The notes: generated by a model not told the origin, from the sequence alone. A stretch of 64,000 bases of DNA from Candidatus Marinacidobacterales bacterium (GCA_965237955.1 OZ250169.1:5984001-6048000); one strand, 5' to 3'. Positions 1 through 12,248 are shown, counted from the stretch's first letter. Numbers and translations: made by a program.

Positions 1-131
1 TGACTCATAGTTGTTGTGGACAATCGCCTTCATGTATCCCCGCCATCGTTAACTGGTCGAAGCGAGTCCCTCGTGAACGAGTTGGTCACTCGGTGGCGAT
101 CAGCCAGAGTCCGAGACATTAGGGAGCAAAG

Positions 132-1792
132 ATGGCTTACTCACGTCCCCATCATCGCAGAGGTCGTTCACGGATCGAGCCGGATGTTCAGGGAGCCCTC
201 GCTGTCATGAGTGCGGAGGAGCTTCGCTCGTTTGTCCAAGAGGCCCTCGAGCAACTCGACGACAGACCGCGGACCGCGCTCGTGGATGCCTTGATCGCGC
301 GTGCGGCGAAAGGTAACTCTGGCTGGAAGCCGTCCTCGCCAGGCAACGAGATCGTCCGCGAGGTCGAAACGTTCACCGCCGCCGTGCGCCGCATCGGGTA
401 CGCCGCGCCCGAGCAAATCGATGACTACCTCCGCCAGGGAATGAAGGCGTTTCTCGGAGGCGACTACGCGACAGCGCGGGCGATCTACCAAGCCCTCTTG
501 CCGCCGATCGCCGAGGCCGACATCGATCTAGGTCAGCATGAGTTGGTCGACGAGGTGTTGACCGTCCGCGTGCACGATTGCGCTGCCCAGTATCTGGTGA
601 CGGTTTACGCAGCCACGCCGCTCGAAGCCCGTCCGGAGGCTCTGTGGCGGGCCATTGGCGCGGTCGACGGCATCAGCACGTTCTGGGAGCCGCTCGGAGA
701 AATGGAGCGTGTCGCGCCCGAACCGCTGCCTGAGCTAGACGCCTTCCTTCCGCGTTGGTTGGCGCGCGTCGAGCGAGAGCCTAGCTCGGAGAACGAGTGG
801 GAGGACCATCGTGATCGTTGGCTGCGGGAGGCCGCGGAGCGCCTCGAAGGGGTGGCCGGTCTCGCACGGCTTGCACGCCAGACAGGAAGGCCCGAGGCAC
901 TTCGCGCTTGGTGCTCAGCGCTTGCCGACCGCGGAGAGTGGGCCGACGCGCTCGGTGCTTACAAAGAGGCTGTAGAGGTTGTTGGGAAGTCGCACTCGCG
1001 AGGTGGCTTTCTCGACGGTGCGGCGCTTGCTGCGCAGCAGCTCGGGCGGCGCGACGCCACCAAGTGTCTCGAGGCCGCGTGGCTCGGCGCGCCGTCTATG
1101 GTTCGCCTCCTGCGTTGGCTCGGCGCCGGGAGCCGAGCGCTTCGACGCTGGGAAAGCGCGTCGTAGCGGCGACCCAGAGTTGCCCTGCTGAGGCCGCGCG
1201 ACAACGCGGCCTGCTCCACATCCTGGCAGGCGATGTGAAGGCTGCGGCAAAGCTTCTTGCTAAAGCGCCGGGACTCGGGTGGTCGAGTGAGGACCACCCG
1301 GGTCCGCTGCTCTTCCCGGCATTCGCTGAGTTCCTTGCAGATGGAACCGAAGCGAAGCTCAGCAACGAGCTGTTCGACGGCCTGAAGGATACCCACGTCG
1401 ACATTTTCTCGATGGATTGGGACGATGGCAATGGGATATCCGCGAAACCCGAGCTCAGAACGCCGACGGTTGCGGAATTGATCGAGCTCGCCCGGCCAGC
1501 CGCGCGCATCGACCCAAACCACTTTGTCGTGATGCTCGAGGGCATGCAGTGCGCCGCCACGCGACGAACCGAGGGTGTCCTCGTCAACAAACGCCGTCGC
1601 CACTACGGCCACGCCGCCATGCTCATTGCCTGCTGCCTCGAGCTCGCGTCGATCGTGGGCCAGAAAGAGGCCGTGTCGGCCATGTCGGAATGGGTCGCTG
1701 AGCTCCGCCGTGCGTACAAGCGCTTTCCCGCGTTTCAGCGCGAGCTCGAGGACGCTCTTGCGATGCGGAGCACGAGGCAGCGATCGCGATGA
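132..1792 (+). pseudogene. Helical hypothetical protein split by a frameshift near 1130
   Basis: ORF 132-1166 reads as protein to ...LLRWLGAG; the protein-like sequence continues in ORF 818-1792 (EPSASTLGKRVVAA...). Could be a real frameshift or a sequencing indel. Confidence 0.6.
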
Positions 1793-2775
1793 GAGGCTTG
1801 CTCCCGGTGCTCGCTCCTCGGTCGAGCTCGGCTTTGACGGCATCGAAGTCGAATGCTCCGTACGAGAGCAATAGGCTATCCGCATACTCGATCGAAGGAC
1901 TGACCGGCGACTTCGTCACCGTTGAAGGATTTGCGTTCGGCTTTATCGATGAGACGCGTTGGGCACTCGTCAACGTCGATGCCGACGGGCTCGTCGTCGA
2001 GGAGATGGCGCTCGACGGGTCGAAGAGAACGGTGGCGTCAGGCCTCCCACACCTCCTGAGTATCAATTTCATCGTGGAAGGCGCTCGTGGGAGGTGGCGA
2101 CTCGAAGGCAGCGAGGGTGAGTCATCGGAGCTCGTCGTCGTGGATGGCTCGATCGGCTCGAGCGAAACCGAGATACTTCGATTCACCTACGACGAAGAGT
2201 CGACCACGGGCTACGGCATCGTCACGCCAGACGGCAGAATCTTTCAGACCACCTACGATGTTTCCGACGTCCAGAGACGAATCGATCTGTTCAGTGTTCT
2301 CCCGTGGCTTCTGCACGCACAGGGATCGTCGATGTCGATGCCGACGAGCCTCGGTATCAGAACACCCGACGGAGCTTTCGAGCGATTGGCGACCGTTTCG
2401 AAACTCGTTTCGTGTCTGGAAAGACCACCGAGCGACACCGTAATCTACTGCATCGGGTACGATTCCGAGAACACCGAGCTTTGGTCCTTCGCATCGGACG
2501 AAAAACACTTCGAAGCCATTGGAACGCTCTCCGGTGGTTTCTACCAGGGAGATGTGATCTCTGAGAACGAGATCGTACTGAGCTTCGGTAATCAGTTTGT
2601 CGTCGTGAGTCAGGACTCGAAGACTGCGGTGCGACTGCTCGTGCCTGAGGCGGATGAGGACATCGATTGGTACGCTAGCACGTTCCGCGCGGGAAAACTC
2701 GCGGTGTCCGGGACCGACGACGAATCCGGATCGAGCAAAATAACGGTGTACGAGCTGAAGCGAAACGAACCGTAA
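1789..2775 (+). CDS. Hypothetical acidic, beta-rich protein (possibly a C-terminal remnant)
   Basis: 328-aa ORF with ATGA overlap to the upstream stop; no recognised motif. Confidence 0.45.
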   Translation: MRGLLPVLAPRSSSALTASKSNAPYESNRLSAYSIEGLTGDFVTVEGFAFGFIDETRWALVNVDADGLVVEEMALDGSKRTVASGLPHLLSINFIVEGARGRWRLEGSEGESSELVVVDGSIGSSETEILRFTYDEESTTGYGIVTPDGRIFQTTYDVSDVQRRIDLFSVLPWLLHAQGSSMSMPTSLGIRTPDGAFERLATVSKLVSCLERPPSDTVIYCIGYDSENTELWSFASDEKHFEAIGTLSGGFYQGDVISENEIVLSFGNQFVVVSQDSKTAVRLLVPEADEDIDWYASTFRAGKLAVSGTDDESGSSKITVYELKRNEP

Positions 2776-3015
2776 GCAGCGACCGGGAGGACCGTGGATG
2801 GAGTCGAGGTGGTTCTACACATCACCGCTCAATCACGACAACAGCAACGAATGAGACGCGCTGTCTCAACGTCTCGGGATAGCGATCGAGGAAACGTGCC
2901 CAGGCGTTTCGCTAACACTCGGTAGAGAGCCGATCTTCGGGTACCGAGGGAGCACCATGCCTTCCCCCACCGGCGCTCGTTAGATCCTGCCGCCACGCGA
3001 CGCCATTCCATCTGT

Positions 3016-3044
3016 TTGCCATGTATTACGTTATACGTTATAAT
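3016..3044 (+). promoter_or_regulatory. sigma70 promoter of higBA with an overlapping HigA-type operator
   Basis: TTGCCA (3016-3021), 17 bp, TATAAT (3039-3044); imperfect palindrome GTATTAC-N7-GTTATAA at 3023-3043. Confidence 0.75.
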
Positions 3045-3221
3045 CGCCAGCGTAATCCGGTCCTTCACTGGAAAGGGCGCTCGAGATGTTTTTGACGGCG
3101 CCAGCTCATCGGCCGCACGGAAATGCTGTCCAATCGAGCTGTGGCCAGTTGCGCGGCGTAAGTTGGATCAGCTCAACCAGGCCCAGGTGCTTGACGATCT
3201 TCAAGTACCTCCGGGCAATCG

Positions 3222-4678
3222 GGAGATGTCCCGGCCGCTGTTGAATTTGGTCGGGTAGCGGCGGCACCTGTGAATACTCTTAGGCAGCAACCTCATCGCT
3301 GTCAAGAGATTTCTGTTTGCTTCTAAGCGCGTGAACGAGAGCGCCCATATGGCGATAGCCTTTGATACGGTGAAACTTTTTCTCCGCCGTGACGACGCCG
3401 AGAGCGGTCCATCGGCGAATCATGGAAGGACTCTTCCACCGCTTGACGTTTCTCGAGACTCTGCGGATGGTGCCGTTGAGATTCTCGATGGCGTTTGTCG
3501 TGGCCAGAGATTTGCGAAGTAACTCGGGTAGAGCGAGCTTCACAACCGTGAGGGTCTCTTCCATCCCTTCGCGAAGGCTTCCGGCAGCTTCGTCGTAGCC
3601 GTTTCGCTCGAGCCACGACACCAATGCCTGAAGTCGCTTGCGCGCCTTGTCGGCACTCTTGCATTTGTACGCTTCCTTCATTGTCTGGAGCACGTAGGCG
3701 TGACGGGACTTGGGAAGGTACGAGCGTAGATTTCGTAGTTTGTGGAGCTGGCATCTTTGGATAACCGCGAGATCCCCAAAAACGTCGACGAGTTCTTTGC
3801 GGATCCCTTTGCCTCCGTCCACTACGCAGAGAATCGATTCGTCGATCCGCAATCCCCGCTCGAGAAGGTTCTGCAACATCGCGGTGCACACCGAGTTTTC
3901 CGTCGAGCCCAGCCATATACCCAAGGGCACCTTCGTTCCATCTATTGTGATACCGAGAGTTACGACGACGGTCTGTCCGGCCACCTCAAGGCCATCCAGC
4001 ATCAGTGCCGCAAGCTCGAACTCCTCTAGCCGCCGAGACAGGTATTCCTCGAGCTTCTTAGTCGTCTGGCTCACGAGGTGACGGCTGGCGGCACTCTTGC
4101 TCGTGCCACGAGACTTCAACTTCGCCGAGGGTTTTGTCCAGACTCGATTCGTAATTTCGGGTCGATACCCCCACCAAGATCTGGTTCAGCACTCGCTCCG
4201 GAAGCGGGTCTTCTTCGCGGAAGGCTTCGAAGTGTGGAAGCGACGCCTCCTCGCCCGACTTCGAACGAACTCGAGGTCGCGACACTTGGATTCGACGACC
4301 GCCGAAGCTCAGCTCCCCATCCGTGCTCCCCCAGTGGTTATGAGTTCGCTCCTTCTCGTGCTTGCCCTTCGGCCCCGCGATCTTCTCCGCGTCCTCTCTC
4401 AGGAGTAGGTGCAATGCGGTCAGTCCTTGCTCGTACACCCATTCCGTCAGGTCCGCCTTCGTGGCCGCGATCCCAGCTATCATCGGTAGCAGTATCTGAC
4501 CGACTTGGCCAACTACCTTGCCCGTAGGCGAGTGCGTTTGCTTTCTTACTGGCTTCTTTGATTTCCTTGGCATGGTGGCTCCTTGTCCCCTCTGGAGACG
4601 GTTGGTTTGGCAGACCTATTCTTAGGCCGGCCAAGGAGCCGCCGCTACCCCAAATTCAACATCCGGCGGGACATCCCC
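3222..4678 (-). mobile_element. IS256-family element, copy 1 (1457 bp)
   Basis: Terminal IRs GGAGATGTCCCGGCCGCTGTTGAATTTGG / GGGGATGTCCCGCCGGATGTTGAATTTGG (25/29); 8-bp TSD GGCAATCG at 3214-3221 and 4679-4686. Confidence 0.95.
3280..4573 (-). pseudogene. IS256 transposase, split into two frames near 4130
   Basis: ORFs 4058-4573 and 3280-4119 carry LMLDG, VVDGGKG, QRCQLHK and TTNAIE motifs. Confidence 0.9.
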
Positions 4679-4829
4679 GGCAATCGGCTCGAACGATTAA
4701 AAGGAGATCGAAAGGGACAGTGTAGTATTCGCATCAATCAGCAGTACCGAGTCTGCTTCAAATGGACCGATCGGGGACCGGAAGACGTGGAAATCATCGA
4801 CTACCATCGGTAGGTCACAGGAGCTCGTT

Positions 4830-5135
4830 ATGACAACGTTACCGAAACATCGCGCGCCGACACATCCTGGCGAAATGCTGCTCGAAGAGTTTCTCGAGCC
4901 GTTTGGGATGACTCAGAGTAGCTTGGCAGAGCTCATTCACGTCTCCTACCCGAGAGTGAACGAGATCATCAACGGCAAGCGAGGTATTACCCCTGACACC
5001 GCCTTACGGCTGGCTCGACTGTTTGGCACGACTCCGGAGTTCTGGCTGAACGGTCAACGCAACTGGGACCTGTGGCATGCGATGCGATCACCGGAGGCAC
5101 GCGATCTCGACAAAATAAAGCCTGTATCCGCTTGA
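4830..5135 (+). CDS. higA: HigA antitoxin (HTH-XRE)
   Basis: PTHPGEML.EEFL...NEIINGKRGITPDTALRLARLFGTTPEFWLNGQ; Shine-Dalgarno AGGAG. Confidence 0.95.
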   Translation: MTTLPKHRAPTHPGEMLLEEFLEPFGMTQSSLAELIHVSYPRVNEIINGKRGITPDTALRLARLFGTTPEFWLNGQRNWDLWHAMRSPEARDLDKIKPVSA

Positions 5136-5343
5136 CCGGGGTCGGACTGACCAGACGGCTGTTTCATTTGTCGAACCGGCGGCGATCCGGTACATTCGTT
5201 GCGCGATGGCGCGATCGTTTCCCAGCCCGCCGCCCCACTTTAGGCGATACGATCCCATGAACTTCGGCGGGCCCTCCGGACAGACCGGCGGCAAACTCGT
5301 ACGCGCTTTGACCCATCCACCCGATGTCCAAGGAGCATGGACG

Positions 5344-5841
5344 ATGAGCAACGTGACATTGAATGTGAACGGTACGAACCATACCGTGGATATCGACCCT
5401 TCGACTCGACTGCTCTACGTCCTGCGAAACGATCTCGGCTTGCGGGGCCCGCGGTTTGGTTGCGGACTCGGCCAGTGCGGAGCGTGCACGGTGATCATCG
5501 ACGGTGTGGCGACTCGGTCGTGTGTCATGCCGACGTCCCGAGTCGAAGGCGAGATCACCACGCTCGAAGGACTCGCCCAAGACGGCACGCTGCACCCGGT
5601 GCAGCAGGCGTGGATCGACGAGCAGGTTCCACAATGTGGTTTCTGCCAGAACGGGCAGATCATGACGGCCAAGGCGCTTCTGGACCGAAATCCGAATCCG
5701 ACGGACGCCGAAATCCGTAAGGGTATGGCCAGAGCCCTGTGCCGGTGTATGACCTACTACCGGATCCAGAAGGCGGTCAAACGTGCCGCGGGAGGATCGT
5801 CGGCTGCTGACGCCAAGTCCGACAGTAAGGTGGTGGGCTGA
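5344..5841 (+). CDS. (2Fe-2S) small subunit of a xanthine-oxidase-family molybdoenzyme (CoxS/IorA-like)
   Basis: GCGLGQCGACTV, PQCGFCQNG and LCRC motifs. Confidence 0.92.
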   Translation: MSNVTLNVNGTNHTVDIDPSTRLLYVLRNDLGLRGPRFGCGLGQCGACTVIIDGVATRSCVMPTSRVEGEITTLEGLAQDGTLHPVQQAWIDEQVPQCGFCQNGQIMTAKALLDRNPNPTDAEIRKGMARALCRCMTYYRIQKAVKRAAGGSSAADAKSDSKVVG

Positions 5842-8267
5842 TGACATCCTTCACGAGTATCCCGAAAGCGATCCCCAAACAAATCAAAGACGCGCTGGAG
5901 CGGCGGAGCGCCGGGACCTCCCGGAGAGATTTCCTCAAGACGTCGGGTGTCTTTGTGTGGTGAGCTTCGGCGCGACGGCCGTCTCCCCCGCCGGCTCGCT
6001 CGTTGCCGCTGCGCAGGGTGAAGCGGCGAAAACCCAGGCCGCGGGACCGTATCCCGAGCCCGACTTCAGGCAACTCGATTCGTGGATCGTCATTCATGAG
6101 AACAATACGGCGACCTTTTTCGTTGGTAAGACGGATTGCGGCCAGGGGACGGGAACCGCGTTTCGGCAGATGATGTCCGACGAGCTGGATATCGCCTACG
6201 ACGACACCGACGTCATCATGGGCAGCACCGACGTCACCCCGGACCAGGGGGGATCCGGCGGCTCCGATGCGATACAGAGAGATGGTTGGCCGATGCGAAG
6301 GGTGGCCGCCGAGGCCAGACGCGTCTTGCTGGAGCTGGCCTCCAAGCGGTTCGGGGTGCCTCCCGAGAATATTGACGAGCTAAACGTCAGCGACGCGGTG
6401 ATCACGCTGAAGTCGGACCCCTCGAAGAGAGTCACCTACGCGGAGCTGATCGATGGGAAGCAGTTCAATGTCACGTTGACTGGCGATAACGTCAACGAGA
6501 CCACCGGCCGAGCCGTGGTCAAGCCGGTGCAAGAGCTCGAAAACGTCGGCCAGTCTCTAGAGCGCTACGACATTCCACCCAAGGTGGACGGGTCGCTGAC
6601 ATGGGCGGTGGATGTCAAGCTTCCCGGAATGGTGCATGCACGGAACGTCAGGCCGCCGGTGGTCGGCGCGAAACTCATCAGCATCGACGAGTCTTCCGTC
6701 AAGGAGCTGCCAGGATTCATCCGAGTGGTCAGCAAAGGCAACTATGTGGCGGTGGTCTGCGAGCGCGAAGAGCAGGCGATCGACGCCTCCAGAAAACTCA
6801 AAGTCGATTGGGAGAAGCCAGCGGCTGCGCCGTTTCCGACCTCCGAAGAGCTGTACGGGTACATGCGCGGCGCAACGCCCATGTCGAGCTTGGATCCGGA
6901 TGTGGTGGGAGATCCAGACGCGGCGCTCGAGAGCGCAGCGACGGTTATCGAAGCCGAGTACGACTTCCCTTTCCAAGGGCACACTGCCTTCGGTCCAGCC
7001 CATGCCCTGGCCGACCCGTCTGACGGTCAGATGACGATCTACTCCAACGACATGAAATCCTACGGCATGCGGCGCGGGGTCGCTGAGTTTCTTGGGATGC
7101 TAAAGGATCGGGTGCGCGTGGTGTGGATGGAAGGCCCTCAGTCCTACGGACGCACGGCCGCAGACGATGCCGGCTTCGAGGCAGCATTTCTGACGAAAGA
7201 GATCGGCCGGCCGGTTCGCGTGCAGTGGATGCGGGACGAAGAGACTGCGTGGGACACGAAGGGTCCCGCCTATACGTTCAGGTTACGTGGAGGGTTGGAC
7301 GCCGAGGGTAACCTCGTTGCGTTCGATTACGACGCTCAGAGCGCCGACTACAATCACGTCGGATACAACGAGGTCGAGACCGTCTTGATCTCACAACTCA
7401 TGGGAACGAGGCTAAAGACGCCGAACAGCGGCCGGGCGACAACACCCTCGGACTTGTATGCGATCCCGAACAGGCGCATGTCGGCGCAGGTCGTGCGCCT
7501 TCCCGAGGTCTGGGAAACGCCGCTTCGAACCGGGAACCTTCGGGATCCGAACGGACCCCAGGTGAGCTTCGCCTCCGAATCGTTCATGGACGAGCTTGCG
7601 GTGGCGGCGCACGCCGATCCGGTCGCATTTCGACTAGAGCTGCTCACCGCCAGCACCGACGACGACAGCGGGTTCAAACGAGCGCGCTCGATCGCGGTCA
7701 TTCGCGCGGCCGCGGATGCCTACGGCTGGGGATACCCGTGTCTCGCCGAAACCACGCGACGGTGACGGCGAAGCCATCTTGACGGGGCGTGGAATGGCGT
7801 ACTCCTACCGCAGCCAGACAGTGGTCGCGGAGATTGCCGAGGTCGAGGTGAATCGCGAAACCGGTCACGTCTGGGTCAAACGGCTCGTGTGCGCGCACGA
7901 CTGCGGCCTGGTCATCAACCCCGAAGGGTTGCGCGGCACGATCGAGGGCGGGATGCTCCACTCGCTGAGCCGCGCGCTCCACGAGGAGGTGCGCTTCGAC
8001 ACCGAAAGGGTCACGAGTGTGGATTGGCGTTCTCATCCCAGCCTCACTCATGCCGACACGCCGGCCGCGATCGACGTCGTCCTGGTCAACGGAGATCCCA
8101 ATCCGGACCGGCCCGATCTGCCGCACTACGGAGCCGGCGAAGCGGTATGCAAACCGCTGGTTGCGGCAGTCGCCAACGCCATCTACGACGCGACTGGAGT
8201 TCGTCTTCGCCGGGTTCCCTTCCGAGACGAGCGCGTGCTCGCAGAGCTCGAGGCCGCAGGCGTGTAG
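5841..8267 (+). pseudogene. Molybdopterin-binding large subunit (IorB/nicotinate dehydrogenase-like) with Tat signal; frameshifts near 5957 and 7733
   Basis: ATG 5841 overlaps the previous TGA and reads ...SRRDFLKTSG; continues in ORFs 5783-7765 (GKTDCGQG, ESFMDELA) and 7716-8267 (AHDCGLVINP, ANAIYDATGVR). Confidence 0.85.
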
Positions 8268-8497
8268 GCAAGTCAGGCAGATAAGTGAAGCGGACTGCGG
8301 CGTCTAGCCGTGCGGGCGCGACTATTACCTGAACACCGACCTGACGAGGGCCGTGTTCCCGCGCGGCCGGGATGATACAAAGGTCTTATTTCACGTCGGG
8401 GAGCCCGGAAAATGATGCTGAAAAACGACAGGAACAGCCCGGTTGCACGGCTCTAGCGTGGGCTCTAGACTGGAGCGAGACTGCATCGAGGACGCTA

Positions 8498-8734
8498 ATG
8501 CCCAGTGTTACCTATCCCCACATCGAAGTTACCTCCGAGGGAGTCGCCTATGTCGCAGGCACCCGGACGAAGGTGCTTGAAGTTGCGCTCGATCGCATTG
8601 CGCATCACTGGGACGCAGATGAAATCCATCGGCAGCATCCGCACCTGAGTTTGGGGCAGATCTACGCCGCGCTTGCTTATTACTTTGACCACAAGGGATT
8701 CGCTTTTCCCTGCCACCGAATCGCGTCGGTATGA
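8498..8734 (+). pseudogene. DUF433 (antitoxin-like) protein, 3'-truncated or fused
   Basis: VAGTRTKV...DEIHRQHPHLSLGQIYAALAYYFDH, then loss of similarity near 8695. Confidence 0.75.
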
Positions 8735-9104
8735 TAGTCGCCTCGAGGAACGCTTTGCCCGTGACATGGCTCGGATCGCGCCCGATTGGGACGAGATCCG
8801 GGAGCCCGAAGCCGTGCCCGCCGCGGGCAAGCTTGTTTTTCCCGACTTCCTTCTGCGCCACCGTCTGGATCCGGCCCGGGCGTGGCTCGTTGAGATTGTT
8901 GGGTTCTGGACACCAGACTACCTTTCCCGTAAGCTCGCGGGTCTGCGTGCTGCTCGTATCCCCAACCTCATTCTTTGCGTCGACGAAGAGCGGCAGTGCT
9001 CCGAAGCAGACCTTCCGGAGAACACCCCTGTCGTCCGCTTCCGGAGGCGAATCGACGTGGCAAAGCTGATGGAAGTTCTGGAGGCATCGGATGGTTGTAC
9101 GTGA
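8695..9104 (+). pseudogene. C-terminal PD-(D/E)xK part of a DUF790 family protein
   Basis: YDSRLEERF...REPE...VFPDF...VEIVGFWTPDYL; N-terminal part absent. Confidence 0.75.
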
Positions 9105-9372
9105 GTGGAGCGTTCATTATCGTTCGCTTCTGGCACGGCTCTTCCTCCCGAAACGCTACGTCGCCATCACGCTGTCGAACCACGTCCTCACGCGCGAGAC
9201 GAGCCTCGACGAGCGCGTCCTCCGCCACGAGTGGGTGCATGTGGAGCAATGGCGCCGTTACGGATTGTTTGGATTCCTCGTCCGATACCTCTGGTACCAC
9301 TTCAAGTGCGGCTACGACTCAAACCCGTTCGAAATCGAGGCACGCGAGGCGGAGAAGAGCCTCCCGGGTTAG
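9091..9372 (+). CDS. Small HExxH protein (DUF4157/eCIS-core-like)
   Basis: AITL...LRHEWVHVEQWRRYG...GYDSNPFEIEAR. Confidence 0.65.
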   Translation: MVVREWSVHYRSLLARLFLPKRYVAITLSNHVLTRETSLDERVLRHEWVHVEQWRRYGLFGFLVRYLWYHFKCGYDSNPFEIEAREAEKSLPG

Positions 9373-10940
9373 CGTCCGACGCGTGACAGGTAGGCCCGAA
9401 TCTCGTCGGCGCCCTGGGCGTTAGGGCGCATCTTCAAGTAGATCTCGAAGGCGTCCGTGGCGGCTTCGTGTTGGTCGAGCTGGTAGTACACGAGCCCGAG
9501 CTCGCGGTACGGATCGGCGAAGTTTCGGTCGGCGGCCGCGGCGCTCCGGAAGGCTTGGATCGCCTGCTCGGCCGAGTTGATCCCACCCGTATCCCACAGG
9601 ATTTTGCCTTTGTAGTAGAGCGCGGCTGCATCGTTCGGGTTGCGCTCGAGCTCGTTCGCGAACGCCTTCGCCGCGTTCTTGTACTCCCCGCGGTGGTAGT
9701 TGTCCGCAGCCACGTGTACGCGAACGCGCTCGACGACGCGCTGGTACGTTTCCTCGTTGCGGGTCATCGCCGCACCGTCGATCGTCCCTCGGTAGCGCGC
9801 GTTGATCTCGCGCGTCAAATTGCTGATGCGCGCGGCATGGGTCGAGTGATCGCTGAAAAAGAAATTTTGTACAGCGTTCTGATCTGCAGTGTAGCTATCG
9901 AACACCCGCCACACCTCGGGTGCCTGGAACGGGTCGTAGCCCGCATCGACCATGTAGTTCAGGCCGATGCGATCGGCTTCGTCCTCGAGCTTGCGTCCGT
10001 GGCCGTTGACCATCGCGGACACGGTGAGACCTGCGCCGAGCCCGGCGAGCGCGCCCGCCCAACCTTTGTCGGTGGCGGCGCCGACCGCGATCCCTCCGGC
10101 GATCGCGCCGAGCTGAAGCCATTTCATCTTGTTCTGCTTCTTGTAGCCGCGATAGCCGTGGCGATGCGTCGCGTGCGCAATCTCGTGTCCGAGAACCGTG
10201 GCGAGCTGCGCTTCGTTTTCGAGAATCGCGAGCAGGCCCGTATGCACGACGACGCTTCCGTCGGGGAGCGCGAACGCGTTCAAGCTCGGATCGTCGATGA
10301 CGGTGAAGTTGAAGCCGAGCTCGTTCGGATCGACCCACGCGGGTACGAGGCTGTCCCCCACTTGGCTGACATAGCGGACCAGCTCGGCGTCGTCGTAGGG
10401 CTCGAGAGCATCCTTCAACTTCGCCACGTCCTGCCGGACCAGATTCATGAACTTCGCTTCGTCTTGATTCAAGCCCTGGGCTCCAACGTCTACCTCGGTA
10501 AGCTGCACCGAGCCGTCATCGAGCACGGTGCCCTTTCCCTTGAGACGCATGCCTGGCTCGAGCGCCGGTCTTTGCATCGTGCGTGGCCAGAACATCTCGA
10601 GGCCTTCGACTTCGATCGACGCATCGGAGACGGTCTCGATGAAGCCTTCGACTTTGACGTTCTCGTTCTTTTTGTTGCGGACTTTCAGCTTTTTGGCGAC
10701 GAAACGATCGCCGCGCCGGTCACCCTCGACTTCGACTTCCCAGCCGATACGAAGATCGGTTGCGGAGATGTCCTTCTGATTTTTGCGCTCGATCTTGGCG
10801 TCGGACCGAAGCTCGACGGAGATACCTTCGACGACGAAATTGCGGCCGTGAACGTCCCAGAGGTAGCCCTTGAACTTTTAGGCGTGAACGCTGGCCGCCA
10901 CCAACAGAACACACGCAAAGAAAAACAAACGTCTGTGCAT
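9369..10940 (-). pseudogene. M48 metallopeptidase with N-terminal DUF5666-like and C-terminal TPR domains; in-frame TAA after the signal peptide
   Basis: ATG 10940 is in frame with ORF 9369-10595; TAA at 10880-10878; NAFALPDG, GHEIAH and EDEAD motifs. Confidence 0.85.
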
Positions 10941-10949
10941 ACGGCGACG

Positions 10950-11618
10950 CTAGCGAGCATTCGGGTCGTTGTCAACTGGGAAAGACGCGCGGCGGAGGTA
11001 GTGCTCGTAGTGCTCGAGCCCGGCCGCGAAGCCGTCACGGCCGAACCCGAAGCGCACGTGTTTATCGCCGTAGCTGAGGAAAGAGCTCGGCAACAACACG
11101 ACGCCTGCTTCTTGCGCGAGGGTGTGGCAGTAATCCGTGGCCGAGGGTACGTCGACGCCCACGAGAGCCACCTGACCGGCGCGAGGCGCGCGCCATTGAA
11201 AGAGCTCGTCCCAGCGCTCGAAAAACGCTTTGCCGCGCGCGAGGTTGCTCTCCACCCGTCGGCGGTTTCTCGCGAACAACTCGTCCCGGGCATCGAAGGC
11301 AGCTAGCGCGAGAAGCTCGACCGGCGCCGGCGGACAGATGCTCGTGTAGTACTTCCAGTTCAGAATGTTCTCGCGAAGCGCCTGGTCCCGGACCACAACC
11401 CACCCGCTGCGAAGCCCTGGCAAGCCGTAGGACTTGGAAAGCCCGGCGAGCACGATACTCCGCTCGTAGATCTCCGCTGCCGTGGGGAGCGCCGTCGTGC
11501 CTTCGAGCTCGAGCCCTCGGTACATCTCGTCGCTGAAGAGCCAGACGTCGCGTTCACGTGCGCGCTCGACAATCTCGGAAAACTCCCCCGGCGTCGGCAT
11601 AAACCCGGTCGGATTGTA
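10950..11618 (-). pseudogene. Class I/II PLP aminotransferase, C-terminal half only
   Basis: NPTG, DEMYRGL and SKSYGLPGLRSGW motifs; N-terminus replaced by another gene. Confidence 0.8.
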
Positions 11619-11782
11619 GTGAAATCAGTAATATCGCCATCGCCGTGGATCTTCCGAAGGATGTACTGTCCGCGGTTCCCTGCCACCGAGCGGTACTCCT
11701 CGATGCCGGTTCTTTTGACGTATTGGAGATAGTCGTCTGCCTTCTCGGCCGGTGTTCTCCCGTGCCAAATGCGGGCGATCAT
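11612..11782 (-). pseudogene. Antibiotic-biosynthesis-monooxygenase-like protein, N-terminal part
   Basis: MIARIWHGRTPAEKADDYLQYVKRTG...GNRG with strong SD GGAGGAG; ends abruptly. Confidence 0.7.
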
Positions 11783-11828
11783 GGACTCCTCCTCACCTAA
11801 CTGGTAAACTACATTACGTTGGTTAGAG

Positions 11829-12248
11829 ATGAAGCACAACAGTTACCCGTGCCTCGATTTCGTCAACTCGGGATCGCCACGCGCACAAGAGCTCAGGGAC
11901 GCGCTCTTCGAGATCTTTGCGGCCGAAGCTCGCGGTCGTCGTGCGCCCCGTCGTGCACTGCGTGCTCTCGAGGAGAAGTTATCGGCGTCGTATCGACAGC
12001 CGCTGCTCGAACGGAACGACGGTCGCTACCAGCTCACCTGGGAGTCGAACGCCAGAATGGGTGACATCGTCCGCTCCACCGTCGAGCTTTTGACATCCGA
12101 CGATCTCGGGCGGCTGCGTCTGTGCGCGGCCGATGACTGCAACGGGGTATTTCTGGATCACAGCAGGAACGGATCTCGCCGGTGGTGTGACATGAACGTG
12201 TGCGGCAATCGCGCCAAGGCCCGACGTTACTACGCGAGGTGGTCATGA
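11829..12248 (+). CDS. ABATE/CGNR zinc-finger regulator (short, possibly internally deleted)
   Basis: CLDFVN...C..DDC...FLDHSRNGSRRWCDMNVCGNRAK. Confidence 0.85.
   Translation: MKHNSYPCLDFVNSGSPRAQELRDALFEIFAAEARGRRAPRRALRALEEKLSASYRQPLLERNDGRYQLTWESNARMGDIVRSTVELLTSDDLGRLRLCAADDCNGVFLDHSRNGSRRWCDMNVCGNRAKARRYYARWS

Larger units (their letters stand above)
3052..4813 (+). pseudogene. higB: HigB (RelE/ParE family) toxin interrupted by IS256
   Basis: Removing 3222-4678 and one TSD restores (V)IRSF...RRKLDQL...[35 protein letters not shown]...EIIDYH. Confidence 0.9.

Noticed and set aside
9468-11306. Long antisense or alternate-frame ORFs (e.g. 9468-11306 +, 27385-28518 +, 22254-23237 +)
   Set aside because: Shadow ORFs expected at high GC, lying opposite well-supported genes, with no motifs.
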